A stretch of DNA of 64,000 bases, taken from an uncultured Clostridia bacterium. Its GTDB lineage: Bacteria > Bacillota > Clostridia > Christensenellales > CAG-314. Location: positions 4,153 through 68,152 of the forward strand of contig CANQJK010000001.1 in assembly GCA_947624235.1 (NCBI GenBank), written 5' to 3'. A model generated the notes under the pieces. The model saw nothing but the letters and a program-made list of their open reading frames with translations. It was not told where the DNA came from and ran no database searches. Numbering within the stretch: position 1 is the stretch's first letter; each line of letters opens with the position of its first letter. This document shows positions 1 to 8,144 of the stretch, piece after piece. A program made the translations under genes and the position numbers.

Positions 1-300
1 GCGTCCGCAACTGTGTATAGACGCCAACAGCAACACGCCCCTCGCATGCGCGACATTGATACCCGTGGTGATATTTGTGTTGAAGAACAATTCCTCCACG
101 GCGATCTCGTCGGGGTTATACTTTGCCACAAGTTCCGTAACGGACTTGTATATTATCGCAAGACGAACGGGAAAACTCTCCTGTTTGGGCGTACTGATAA
201 TACCGTAGTCCACCACCTGTTTGCGATTGAAATCCTCAAAATCCAACACCCCGTATCCCACTATCGCAAGACCGGGATCAAAGCCTATAACTCTTTTCAT
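1..300 (-). CDS. ruvC: crossover junction endodeoxyribonuclease RuvC, N-terminal 100 codons (3' end lies beyond window start)
   Basis: Not in ORF track because truncated. Minus-strand ATG at 300..298 opens MKRVIGFDPGLAIVGYGVLDF...PDEIAVEELFFNTNITTGINVAHARGVLLLA, which matches the RuvC N-terminus. It sits downstream of yebC, the classic arrangement. Confidence 0.85.
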   Translation of the reverse strand, partial: MKRVIGFDPGLAIVGYGVLDFEDFNRKQVVDYGIISTPKQESFPVRLAIIYKSVTELVAKYNPDEIAVEELFFNTNITTGINVAHARGVLLLASIHSCGR

Positions 301-360
301 AACTTCATCTGTTCACCCGATTATACTATATAACAACGCCGTGCAAAAGTCAAGTGAAAC

Positions 361-387
361 AAAAAATGAGTTCACCGAAGTGAACCC
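361..387 (-). terminator. intrinsic terminator after yebC
   Basis: Minus strand reads GGGTTCAC-TTCG-GTGAACTC followed by ATTTTTT. Confidence 0.7.
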
Positions 388-406
388 ATTTGTCTACTGC
401 AAACAA

Positions 407-1150
407 CTATTCCTCGTCATCCTCTTCGGGCAATACCACGTTGTGGAACACTTCCTGCACGTCGTCGTTGTCTTCGAGAGCGTCTATCATTTTTTGAAAA
501 CGAACAAGGTTTTCCCCATCCAACGTCACCATGTTTTGCGGGATCCACTCCATTTCGGCAGATACAAGGTTCAGTCCCTTTGCTACTACCGCGTCGCGTA
601 CCGCGCCCAACACGGATATATCGCAGGTCATTTCTACCATACCGTCCTCTATCGACACATCGTCTGCGCCTGATTCTATCGCCAATTCAAACGCCGAATC
701 GTCATCCAGATCGATGGTATTTTCCGCAATGACGATGCCCTTTCTGTCAAACATATAACTGACGCAATTTGTACCGCCGAGATTTCCGCCGTTTTTGTCA
801 AAGGCGTGGCGAACATCTCCCGCCGTGCGATTTTTGTTGTCCGTCAGACATTCCACGATGACCGCGCTTCCGCCTATTCCGTATCCTTCGTAGGTAATTT
901 CCGCATAGTCCACCGCCGAAAGTTCTCCGCTTGCCTTTTTGATGCTGCGCTGAATGTTGTCGTTTGGCATATTGTTGGCTTTGGCTTTTTGAATAACGTC
1001 GTAAAGCTTGCTGTTGGAAGCGGGATCCGCACCGCCAGCCTTTACAGCTACCGCTATCTCGCGCCCGATTTTTGTAAATATTTTAGAGCGTTCCGCGTCG
1101 CCCTTTGCTTTTTTGTTTTTGATGTTGTTCCATTTGCTGTGACCGGACAT
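407..1150 (-). CDS. yebC: YebC/PmpR family DNA-binding transcriptional regulator
   Basis: 247 aa. N-terminus MSGHSKWNNIKNKKAKGDAERSKIFTKIGREI is diagnostic of the YebC/TACO1 family. Confidence 0.95.
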   Translation of the reverse strand: MSGHSKWNNIKNKKAKGDAERSKIFTKIGREIAVAVKAGGADPASNSKLYDVIQKAKANNMPNDNIQRSIKKASGELSAVDYAEITYEGYGIGGSAVIVECLTDNKNRTAGDVRHAFDKNGGNLGGTNCVSYMFDRKGIVIAENTIDLDDDSAFELAIESGADDVSIEDGMVEMTCDISVLGAVRDAVVAKGLNLVSAEMEWIPQNMVTLDGENLVRFQKMIDALEDNDDVQEVFHNVVLPEEDDEE

Positions 1151-1161
1151 ATTAACCTCCT

Positions 1162-1902
1162 TTATTTGCTGTTCTGAGAGAAAACTTGATACATTATTAC
1201 GCTTCCTGCCACGGCGACATTCAAAGATTCGAAATTGTTCGCCATGGGCAATGCGACAGTTGTTTCGGCGCGATTTCTCGAATACTCCGAAACGCCGTAT
1301 CCTTCGTTGCCGAGCACCAAAGCGATAGGCGTACTGAACCGTGCGCTAAAAACGTTTTCGCCTGCCATATCAGCCACGACTATCGGCATATCTTGCAACA
1401 AATCGAAAACTTCTTCCTTTGTTCCTTCGTGAAGATCTATGCAAAAATGTGCCGACATGGCGCTTCGCAAAACCTTTGGCGCATACAGATCTACCGATTC
1501 GATTGCATATATATCGCCGAAACCGCATGCGACAGCCGTTCGAATAAGCGTGCCCACGTTGCCCGGATCCTGCAATCCGTCCAAAACAAGACAATTGCCC
1601 GAAGGAGGAGCAAGAGGAGTTTTTTCTCTTTGCACTACTGCCAAAACCCCCTGACTGTGCACAGTGTCGGACATTTTGGAAAAAATCTTGTCCGCCACGA
1701 CGATCTGTCCTTCGAAACCGTATGTCTGAGCCTTGCTTTCGGCAACGTAAACGCCGACGACGTTGGCGCCGTGACGAATGGCATCACCGACCAGACGCGC
1801 GCCTTCTATTACATATTGCAGATACTCTCTGCGATATTTTTTGTCAAGGAGTTTTGTCACATGCACTATCTTGGCATTGTCTGCGGAAGTGATGACCATC
1901 AA
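1162..1902 (-). CDS. TrmH/SpoU family RNA 2'-O-methyltransferase (RlmB-like)
   Basis: 246 aa. SpoU substrate-binding N-domain plus C-terminal motifs LVLDGLQDPGNVGTLIRTA and LVLGNEGYGVS. Confidence 0.85.
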   Translation of the reverse strand: MMVITSADNAKIVHVTKLLDKKYRREYLQYVIEGARLVGDAIRHGANVVGVYVAESKAQTYGFEGQIVVADKIFSKMSDTVHSQGVLAVVQREKTPLAPPSGNCLVLDGLQDPGNVGTLIRTAVACGFGDIYAIESVDLYAPKVLRSAMSAHFCIDLHEGTKEEVFDLLQDMPIVVADMAGENVFSARFSTPIALVLGNEGYGVSEYSRNRAETTVALPMANNFESLNVAVAGSVIMYQVFSQNSK

Positions 1903-1915
1903 ATTACCTCAAACA

Positions 1916-1938
1916 GCAAAAAGAGCCTTGATGGCTCT
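1916..1938 (-). terminator. intrinsic terminator after rplT
   Basis: Minus strand AGAGCC-ATCAA-GGCTCT followed by TTTTTGCTGTTT. Confidence 0.7.
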
Positions 1939-1944
1939 TGTGCA

Positions 1945-2298
1945 TTAGTTCAAATGAGCTTTGGCAGTTTCGGTAAGCTTTGCAAAAGTAGCCGAATCGC
2001 TCACTGCTATTTCAGCGAGGGACTTTCTGTTGATATCGATATTTGCCAATTTAAGCCCGTGCATCAACTTGCTGTAAGACAATCCGTTTGCATGAGCGGC
2101 CGCATTTATACGGGCGATCCACAAAGTGCGCATATCGCGTTTTCTGAGACGTCTGCCTACATAAGCATAGTTGCCACTCTTCATCACTGCCTGACGGGCA
2201 ATACGATAGTTGGTGGATTTGAGACCGAAATAACCTTTGGCACATCTGAGTATTTTTCTGCGCTTTTTTACTGCGTTTACACCGCGTTTTATTCTCAT
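1945..2298 (-). CDS. rplT: 50S ribosomal protein L20
   Basis: 117 aa, [25 protein letters not shown]..., canonical L20. Confidence 0.97.
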   Translation of the reverse strand: MRIKRGVNAVKKRRKILRCAKGYFGLKSTNYRIARQAVMKSGNYAYVGRRLRKRDMRTLWIARINAAAHANGLSYSKLMHGLKLANIDINRKSLAEIAVSDSATFAKLTETAKAHLN

Positions 2299-2313
2299 GA
2301 TCTGATCCTCCTT

Positions 2314-2508
2314 TTAATAGGGCAACATGCTCTTGATAGTTCCCTCTTGCGTCTTGTTTACGTAAGCGGTACTGCGCAAATTGCGAGTTCTTTTAGTCGT
2401 CTTTTTGCCGAGTTTGTGGTTTTTGTTGCATTGTGCACGCTTGATCTTGCCACTCTTCAACACGACAAATCTTTTTTTGGATGCACTATGTGATTTTTGT
2501 TTAGGCAT
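2314..2508 (-). CDS. rpmI: 50S ribosomal protein L35
   Basis: 64 aa, MPKQKSHSASKKRFVVLKSGKIKR..., canonical L35, between infC and rplT. Confidence 0.95.
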   Translation of the reverse strand: MPKQKSHSASKKRFVVLKSGKIKRAQCNKNHKLGKKTTKRTRNLRSTAYVNKTQEGTIKSMLPY

Positions 2509-2534
2509 ATATTTGTCCTCCGATTGAAAATTTT

Positions 2535-3041
2535 CTATTTTAGCGGGATCAAAAACATCGTTATGTTTCGACCTTCCGTCACAGGCTGTTTGTCTATTTT
2601 GGCGACATCAGACAAAATTTCGGCAAACTTTTTCATGACTTCCACGCCCTGATTTGCATACGCCTGCTGTCTGCCACGCATGCGAATGGTTGCCTTCACC
2701 TTGTCTCCGTCCTTCAAAAATTTACGCGCAATGTTGGCTTTTGTGTTGAGATCGCCCACGTCTATCGTCATGGAAAGCCACACTTCCTTGATCTCCATGG
2801 TCTTTTGATTGCGCTTCATTTCCTTTTCTTTTTTGTTTTGCTCGTACTTATACTTGCTGTAATCCATCAGTTTGCACACGGGCGGAACGGATGTAGGCGC
2901 AATTTTCACCAGATCCAATCCCTGTTCATCGGCGATCTTCTGCCCTTCATACGCAGAAACTATACCATACTGATGTCCGTCGTTTCCGATCAGTCTTATC
3001 TCTTTGTCTCTGATTTGACCGTTGATTTGAAGTTCTTTAAT
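2535..3041 (-). CDS. infC: translation initiation factor IF-3, initiating at ATT
   Basis: The ORF track starts at an internal Met (2918). The frame stays open upstream and reads IKELQINGQIRDKEIRLIGNDGHQYGIVSAYEGQKIADEQGLDLVKIAP from ATT at 3041..3039. GGAGGA sits 7 nt upstream. A non-canonical AUU start is the known infC autoregulatory feature. Confidence 0.9.
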   Translation of the reverse strand: MKELQINGQIRDKEIRLIGNDGHQYGIVSAYEGQKIADEQGLDLVKIAPTSVPPVCKLMDYSKYKYEQNKKEKEMKRNQKTMEIKEVWLSMTIDVGDLNTKANIARKFLKDGDKVKATIRMRGRQQAYANQGVEVMKKFAEILSDVAKIDKQPVTEGRNITMFLIPLK

Positions 3042-3054
3042 TGTTGTATCCTCC

Positions 3055-3263
3055 CCAAAAACTTCCTATGCAATTTTGCCATGCAAAATTGCCACAAGCA
3101 AAAAAAATGCGGTATCAAACAAAATACCGCACTTTATACTACACAACTCGGTGTGCAATAACTTAAATATCTGTATGACCGACAAACGCAATTATTCGGC
3201 GGTGAGAACGGTGATTCTGCTTGATTACGCATTTATTATATCAAAAGCCCGCCCGTTTGTCAA
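3055..3263 (-). promoter_or_regulatory. promoter plus L20-leader-like 5' UTR with attenuator terminator for infC-rpmI-rplT
   Basis: Minus strand TTGACA (3263..3258), 17 nt, TATAAT (3240..3235). Downstream hairpin TGCGGTA...TACCGCA plus T8 lies at 3133..3100. A perfect 10-bp hairpin GCAATTTTGC/GCAAAATTGC (3092..3070) lies just before the SD. Confidence 0.6.
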
Positions 3264-3335
3264 ACGATTGCGTTAAAATATATCCGTCAAAATACAATTT
3301 TTTACGATTGTGCGCGGACATATTTTCTCGAAAAA

Positions 3336-5252
3336 TCACATATCGTCCGATTTGCTTTGCACTTCGTCGCAAAGTTTCGAAACAAACTCGTCGATACTCA
3401 TAGTGCCGATATCGCCCTTCTTTCTGTTGCGAACGGCAAGAGTTTTGTTTTCCGCTTCCTTTGCGCCCAACACAAGCATATAGGGTATTTTTTGCAACTG
3501 TGCCTCGCGTATGCGATAACCCATTTTTTCGTTGCGGTCGTCCACTTCTGCGCGGAAACCGCTGTCCACAAGCCTGTCGCACACTTCATGCGCGTATTCC
3601 GACTGGTTTTCCGAAATGGGAACGATTTTTATTTGCACGGGCGCCAACCACAAAGGAAATGCGCCTGCATAGTGCTCTGTCAATATGGCAATGAAACGCT
3701 CTATGCTACCGAAAACAACGCGATGGATCATCACGGGACGATGTTTTTCGCCATCCTGTCCGACATAAGTCAAATCAAAACGTTCGGGCATTTGGAAGTC
3801 CAACTGGATCGTTCCGCACTGCCAAGTACGTCCGATGCTGTCCTCCAAGTGGAAGTCTATCTTCGGTCCGTAAAATGCGCCGTCGCCTTCGTTTATCTCG
3901 TAATCTTTGCCCAACTTGTTCAAAGCGTTTTTCAAAGCGTTTGTTGCAGTTTCCCATTGCTCATCCGTTCCCATGCTGTTTTCGGGACGGGTGGAAAGCT
4001 CCAAGCGATATTTGAAGCCGAACACGTTGTAAAATTTGTCAATCAACCTCACGACGCCCTCTATCTCGCTTTCTATTTGTTCGGGAGTCATGAATATGTG
4101 AGCGTCGTCCTGCGTAAAACACCTCACGCGCATCAGTCCGTGCAACGCACCCGACAGTTCGTGACGGTGAACAAGACCTAATTCTGCCATTCTTTCGGGC
4201 AAATCGCGATAGCTGTGCGGTTTGCGCTTGTACACCAACATTCCGCCAGGACAGTTCATCGGTTTTATCGCATAGTCGGCGTCATCTATTTTGACGACGT
4301 ACATATTGTCCTTGTAATGATCCCAGTGACCGCTACGGTGCCACAATTCCTGATTGAGGATCATGGGAGTTTTTATTTCCTGATAGCCTGCTTTTGCATG
4401 TTCCTTACGCCAAAAATCTTCCAAAAGGTTTCGCAAAACCATTCCTTTGGGGAAAAAGAACGGAAATCCCGGTCCCTCTTCGAAAATGTCAAACAGATCC
4501 AACTCTCTGCCCAGTTTTCTGTGATCGCGCCGTTTGGCTTCTTCGAGACGTTGTAAATATTCGTCCAATTCCGTTTTCTTTTCAAACGCCGTGCCGTAAA
4601 TACGCGTCAACATCTTGTTTTTCGTGTCTCCGCGCCAATAAGCGCCTGCAATGCTCGTAAGCTTAAACACTTTGAGTTTTCCCGTAGAACTGACGTGAGG
4701 ACCTCTGCACAGATCGACATATTCGCCCTGACGATACAGCGACACCGTTTCTGCGTCCAATTCGGACAAGATCTCCGCCTTGTAGTTGTCGTTGCGCTCT
4801 TTGAAAAATTCGATAGCGTCCTCTCTTTTGATCTCTTCCCGAACGATAGGCAGATTTTCCGTTACGATCTTTGCCATTTCCTTTTCGATTTTTTCCAAAT
4901 CTTCGGTTGCTATCACCGCTCCCTCGAAGTCTATATCGTAATAAAATCCGTTTTTGATCGCAGGTCCTATCGCGAACTTGGCGTTCTTCCACAAGCGCGA
5001 GACAGCCTGTGCCATCAGGTGCGCCGTAGAATGGCGCAAAACTTCCAACCCCTCTTCGTCTTTAAGGGTGAAAACTTTGAATTGGCAGTCGGAATCTATA
5101 ACCTTGTTCAAATCGCACAAAACTCCGTTTACCGAAGCGCATATGGCGTTGCGGGCGAGTCCGAGCGAAATGCTTTCGACCACTTCGAGACAAGTGAGCG
5201 GTTTGTCGAATTTTTTTACGCTACCGTCCGGCAGTACTACATTGATTGACAT
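3336..5252 (-). CDS. thrS: threonine--tRNA ligase
   Basis: 638 aa with TGS, editing, class II core and anticodon-binding regions. Peptides include HRKLGRELDLF, FTQDDAHIF and GAFPLWLAPVQ. Confidence 0.97.
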   Translation of the reverse strand: MSINVVLPDGSVKKFDKPLTCLEVVESISLGLARNAICASVNGVLCDLNKVIDSDCQFKVFTLKDEEGLEVLRHSTAHLMAQAVSRLWKNAKFAIGPAIKNGFYYDIDFEGAVIATEDLEKIEKEMAKIVTENLPIVREEIKREDAIEFFKERNDNYKAEILSELDAETVSLYRQGEYVDLCRGPHVSSTGKLKVFKLTSIAGAYWRGDTKNKMLTRIYGTAFEKKTELDEYLQRLEEAKRRDHRKLGRELDLFDIFEEGPGFPFFFPKGMVLRNLLEDFWRKEHAKAGYQEIKTPMILNQELWHRSGHWDHYKDNMYVVKIDDADYAIKPMNCPGGMLVYKRKPHSYRDLPERMAELGLVHRHELSGALHGLMRVRCFTQDDAHIFMTPEQIESEIEGVVRLIDKFYNVFGFKYRLELSTRPENSMGTDEQWETATNALKNALNKLGKDYEINEGDGAFYGPKIDFHLEDSIGRTWQCGTIQLDFQMPERFDLTYVGQDGEKHRPVMIHRVVFGSIERFIAILTEHYAGAFPLWLAPVQIKIVPISENQSEYAHEVCDRLVDSGFRAEVDDRNEKMGYRIREAQLQKIPYMLVLGAKEAENKTLAVRNRKKGDIGTMSIDEFVSKLCDEVQSKSDDM

Positions 5253-5525
5253 ATATACCTCCTAATATAAAAAATCCTTATAAACCCACACGGGTTCATA
5301 AGGACGAAAAAAATTTTTCCGCGGTTCCACCTTATTTGACGGCAAAGCCGTCCGCTCTTTGCTTTGTATCGCCAAAGCGTGCGCGCCAAGCCAAGTGGTA
5401 TTTTGCAATTTCATTTGCGACAATCGCACCGTCTGTCACTCTCTGAAAAACTACCTTTGCAAAACGTGTCTTTGCCTATAACGTATTTATGAACTTATTT
5501 TAGTACCGCCGATAAAACTTGTCAA
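5253..5525 (-). promoter_or_regulatory. T-box leader (probable Thr ACC specifier) with promoter, controlling thrS
   Basis: Minus strand TTGACA (5525..5520), 17 nt, TAAAAT (5502..5497). Stem I carries CAGAGAG and GGTGCGA elements. A specifier-like GAAATTGCAAAATACCA has ACC followed by A. T-box sequence AAGGTGGAACCGCGG lies at about 5338..5319. Terminator CCTTATGAACCC-GTGT-GGGTTTATAAGG is followed by ATTTTTT just before the SD. Confidence 0.8.
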
Positions 5526-5558
5526 CTGTTTTGTTGCATTAAATATCCGAACAGTTTT

Positions 5559-6308
5559 TTACTGGACGTCGATATAATCTACCTCGAATAACGAATTGAG
5601 CATATTGCAAAAATCTTCGTTGAGCTTGCGAGAAGTGTAGATCTTGACGTTTTGCGGTTTGAGCCACAAAATATTCAACATCAATTCTTCCTCGCAGGAA
5701 GTTTCGCGCGCGAGGGAAAACGTCGGCTCTATCACTTTGTCGGCAGAGCCGTAAAGCACAAAATCATCGTCTACCGATACGGACAGATTTTTAACTTTGC
5801 TCGGCGTGGATTCCAACAGATATTGCAAAAACTCCACTATCATCTGACTGTCGGACAATACATAAAAGTTATCCGATACGAGCTTGATAACTTCCGTCCA
5901 TTTCTTTTTGACGTGACCGAGTCGAAAATTGTAGTACCCGTCCAAGCAAAGTTCTTTATCCACGTCTACCACGCGCGACACCATCTGTTTGTCATAGTCG
6001 TTGTCGAATATGCAGATAGTATTGACCAAAACATTTTGATAAAAGTTGCTTTTGCGTATTTTGAGCAAATCGCGAAAAAAAACGTTTTTGTAGCCCAGCG
6101 TCAACGCCTGCAAGACCGCGTCGAGCAATATCCGCCGTATTTGAAATCTGTAAGTATCCGCGCAAGCCAAGGAAACATACTCGCGTCGTTGCCCTTGTAA
6201 TTCCGATATAATACCGTCTACTTCGCTCATTGCAGGCTCCATTTGTCCCTTGATAAAATCCAGCAAATGAGCGTTTTCCTTTACTACACTGACTGTTGCT
6301 TCGTACAT
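5559..6308 (-). CDS. ytxC: putative sporulation protein YtxC-like
   Basis: 249 aa, no enzymatic motif. Assignment rests on size and on the conserved position immediately upstream of thrS, as in Bacillus ytxC-thrS. Confidence 0.5.
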   Translation of the reverse strand: MYEATVSVVKENAHLLDFIKGQMEPAMSEVDGIISELQGQRREYVSLACADTYRFQIRRILLDAVLQALTLGYKNVFFRDLLKIRKSNFYQNVLVNTICIFDNDYDKQMVSRVVDVDKELCLDGYYNFRLGHVKKKWTEVIKLVSDNFYVLSDSQMIVEFLQYLLESTPSKVKNLSVSVDDDFVLYGSADKVIEPTFSLARETSCEEELMLNILWLKPQNVKIYTSRKLNEDFCNMLNSLFEVDYIDVQ

Positions 6309-6511
6309 AGTTGTAGTTTATGCAGATTTGTATTTTATTATTTAATTGCGACAAATGTCGCCAACCTTTTTGAGTGAAATGCAAAATGTTCTGCAAGGTC
6401 AAACATTTTGTATACAAAACGACATCAAAAACGGCTTGAAAGCCAATACTTCAAGTCGTTATATGTTTAATATTCTATTTGATTGTTTATGCGATCAACG
6501 TACAAGCCCTT

Positions 6512-7183
6512 TCAGATGATCTTTTGCGTGTAGCTCCATTGCTTATCCGCCTCGCTCACCCTGTAAGACTCCCTCATTTTTTGCAACGCTTTGTTGTATG
6601 CGAATTTATTAAGCACCGTTTTTGCCTCGCGCTCCATATATTCGATCGTTTCGTCGCGACATTTTGCCATGGCGGTAGCAACAAGCCAAGCCACGCCCAT
6701 ATCTACATAGTAATTTCCCCATTGTCTTATGTTTTTCAATTGAGCAAAAACCGACCGAATATGCTCGCTGTCGAGATAATTGAGCAGATCAACTACGCCA
6801 TATCTGCACACAAACGGTTTGTCGCTACAAAGCAATTCGCAGAAAAATCGAAAATACTTTTCCCGTTCGTCAACGGGAGCTTTTACCGCAGAACTATCGC
6901 AAACCGCCCAATTTTCGATGGTTCCCGCAAATTGAGCCAAATGTTCGCGCTTTTGTTCGAAGGGCATTTTTGCCGTGGAGATCACTATTCCGCGTAGCAG
7001 ATCTATCTCGTAATACGCATGTACGGGAAAGCGCTCTACCTGTTGGACGGAAAATTGCTTTGCCAATTTGCGCACAAAAGGCAAGGTACATCCGATGATC
7101 GGGACCTTGCTGTTGATTATATTGTTATTAAATTTTTTGTTGCTGTTCTTTTGGAGAAAGTCAACTGTTTCTTCGTATGTCAT
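6512..7183 (-). CDS. DNA alkylation repair protein (AlkD-like HEAT-repeat family)
   Basis: 223 aa, helical-repeat composition. Family-like segments IENWAVCDSS and YYVDMGVAWLV. Recognised from memory of PF08713-type proteins, not aligned. Confidence 0.55.
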   Translation of the reverse strand: MTYEETVDFLQKNSNKKFNNNIINSKVPIIGCTLPFVRKLAKQFSVQQVERFPVHAYYEIDLLRGIVISTAKMPFEQKREHLAQFAGTIENWAVCDSSAVKAPVDEREKYFRFFCELLCSDKPFVCRYGVVDLLNYLDSEHIRSVFAQLKNIRQWGNYYVDMGVAWLVATAMAKCRDETIEYMEREAKTVLNKFAYNKALQKMRESYRVSEADKQWSYTQKII

Positions 7184-7187
7184 AAGT

Positions 7188-7222
7188 AAAAAAATCCGAA
7201 TACGCCTATCGGCATATTCGGA
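7188..7222 (-). terminator. intrinsic terminator after acpP
   Basis: Minus strand TCCGAATA-loop-TATTCGGA followed by TTTTTTT. Confidence 0.75.
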
Positions 7223-7235
7223 AATCGTCCGACGG

Positions 7236-7490
7236 TTACTTTGCCTGCTCTTCGATGTACTTTACGATAGCCCCCACCGTTACCAAATCATTTGCCACTT
7301 CGTCGGGAACGGTAATTCCGAAATTATCTTCAAGAGACATGAGCATTTCTACCATATCGAGGCTATCCGCGCCAAGATCCTGCACAATGTTCGATTCCAT
7401 GGTGATCCTGCTCGGATCGTCGATATTGAGAGATTCTGCAAGAAGTTTTTGTACTTGTTCAAAAATTTTTTGTGTTTTTTCAGAATTCAT
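7236..7490 (-). CDS. acpP: acyl carrier protein
   Basis: 84 aa with phosphopantetheine site DLGADSLDMVEMLMSLEDNFG. AGGAGG SD. It stands alone, not inside a fab operon. Confidence 0.93.
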   Translation of the reverse strand: MNSEKTQKIFEQVQKLLAESLNIDDPSRITMESNIVQDLGADSLDMVEMLMSLEDNFGITVPDEVANDLVTVGAIVKYIEEQAK

Positions 7491-7513
7491 TGCTATTTCC
7501 TCCTAATTTACTT

Positions 7514-7542
7514 TATTATAGTACACAAATGTGAAACTTTCA
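7514..7542 (-). promoter_or_regulatory. sigma-A-type promoter of acpP
   Basis: Minus strand TTGAAA (7542..7537), 17 nt, TATAAT (7519..7514). Confidence 0.65.
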
Positions 7543-7583
7543 AGTATTTTAACAAATTTTATATGCAACTCATACAATTTAGT

Positions 7584-7829
7584 ATGAAATGTTGCACTAA
7601 CGGAAGATATCTGAACGAACAAACTTATATAGACACAGTGTGCAGATCGCGCAAAAAAGGATGCGCTCGCCCCAAAACTTGTTGTTGTGACGAGGAAGGA
7701 GGTTCTTTGCATTACAGCTACTGTTGCAAAGGAGGAAAGCTTACCTTGCGATGCGATAAGCGCTCCCGTGCAATTTCCGTGGAGATATTCCACAACAATC
7801 CGTGCCGACCGCCCGATTGCAAGAAGTAA
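7584..7829 (+). CDS. hypothetical small cysteine-rich protein (81 aa, 12 Cys)
   Basis: This is the tail of track ORF 7068..7829. From ATG 7584 it reads MKCCTNGRYLNEQTYIDTVCRSRKKGCARPKTCCCDEEGGSLHYSYCCKGGKLTLRCDKRSRAISVEIFHNNPCRPPDCKK. The frame stays open across about 340 nt of otherwise intergenic DNA. The stop overlaps the A-run at the 5' edge of a strong terminator (stem starts 5 nt downstream). There is no SD before 7584. TACAAT ends 5 nt upstream, so the mRNA may be leaderless. An internal AAGGAGG plus in-frame TTG (7707) is an alternative start. Confidence 0.35.
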   Translation: MKCCTNGRYLNEQTYIDTVCRSRKKGCARPKTCCCDEEGGSLHYSYCCKGGKLTLRCDKRSRAISVEIFHNNPCRPPDCKK

Positions 7830-7862
7830 AAAAGACTGCCGTAATGCTCGGCAGTCTTTTTT
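7828..7862. terminator. bidirectional intrinsic terminator
   Basis: A6-GACTGCCG-taatgct-CGGCAGTC-T6. It lies between the convergent stops at 7829 (+) and 7865 (-). Confidence 0.85.
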
Positions 7863-7864
7863 GT

Positions 7865-8086
7865 TTACAGATCGTCCGCGTCCTGAACGGGTTCTGCAAA
7901 TTTTCCCCAACCCAAGGGATTGCCTGTGTAGCTCCCGAATGGATCGCCTTCGTCTTCTTGGGACGAATTTTTGCTGTTCTTTGCACTTCCGCCGGAACTC
8001 TTACCGCTTGTGTTTTTGGTAGAGGAACCACAGCTCTTGGTGCTCTTTGCGTTCTTTGTGTTGGAACAATTCTTTGTAGATTTCAT
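7865..8086 (-). CDS. hypothetical Ser/Lys/Asn-rich low-complexity protein with acidic C-terminus
   Basis: 73 aa, MKSTKNCSNTKNAKSTKSCGSSTKNTSGKSSGGSAKNSKNSSQEDEGDPFGSYTGNPLGWGKFAEPVQDADDL. Strong AGGAGGT SD 7 nt before the ATG. The terminator begins directly after the stop. Confidence 0.6.
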   Translation of the reverse strand: MKSTKNCSNTKNAKSTKSCGSSTKNTSGKSSGGSAKNSKNSSQEDEGDPFGSYTGNPLGWGKFAEPVQDADDL

Positions 8087-8144
8087 TTTTTCTACCTCCT
8101 GCTATGAGTTTGTTCAATAGCGGAAATTTTATACAATACAAATC

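Noticed and set aside
13-333. A 106-aa plus-strand ORF at the window start.
   Set aside because: The opposite strand encodes an unmistakable RuvC N-terminus starting at 300, so the plus-strand ORF is its shadow.
1186-2493. Long plus-strand ORF (435 aa). Similar long antisense ORFs occur at 14599..16032, 34585..36465, 41694..42674, 48157..49299, 58774..60762 and 61975..63153.
   Set aside because: Each lies antisense to confidently identified minus-strand genes (trmH/rplT/rpmI, ftsZ/ftsA, the AAA+ gene, the ABC exporter, phoH/yqfD, the topoisomerase genes, the hydrolase). None has a recognisable motif. They are shadow ORFs.
2535-3041. A missing ATG/GTG/TTG start for infC as a sign of pseudogenisation.
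   Set aside because: An ATT start with a good SD is the conserved autoregulatory feature of infC, and the N-terminal sequence is intact.
7503-7910. A 135-aa minus-strand ORF upstream of acpP.
   Set aside because: It runs through the bidirectional terminator and the 3' end of the 73-aa gene, lacks an SD, and has no protein-like features. The opposite-strand Cys-rich frame is the more plausible coding reading.
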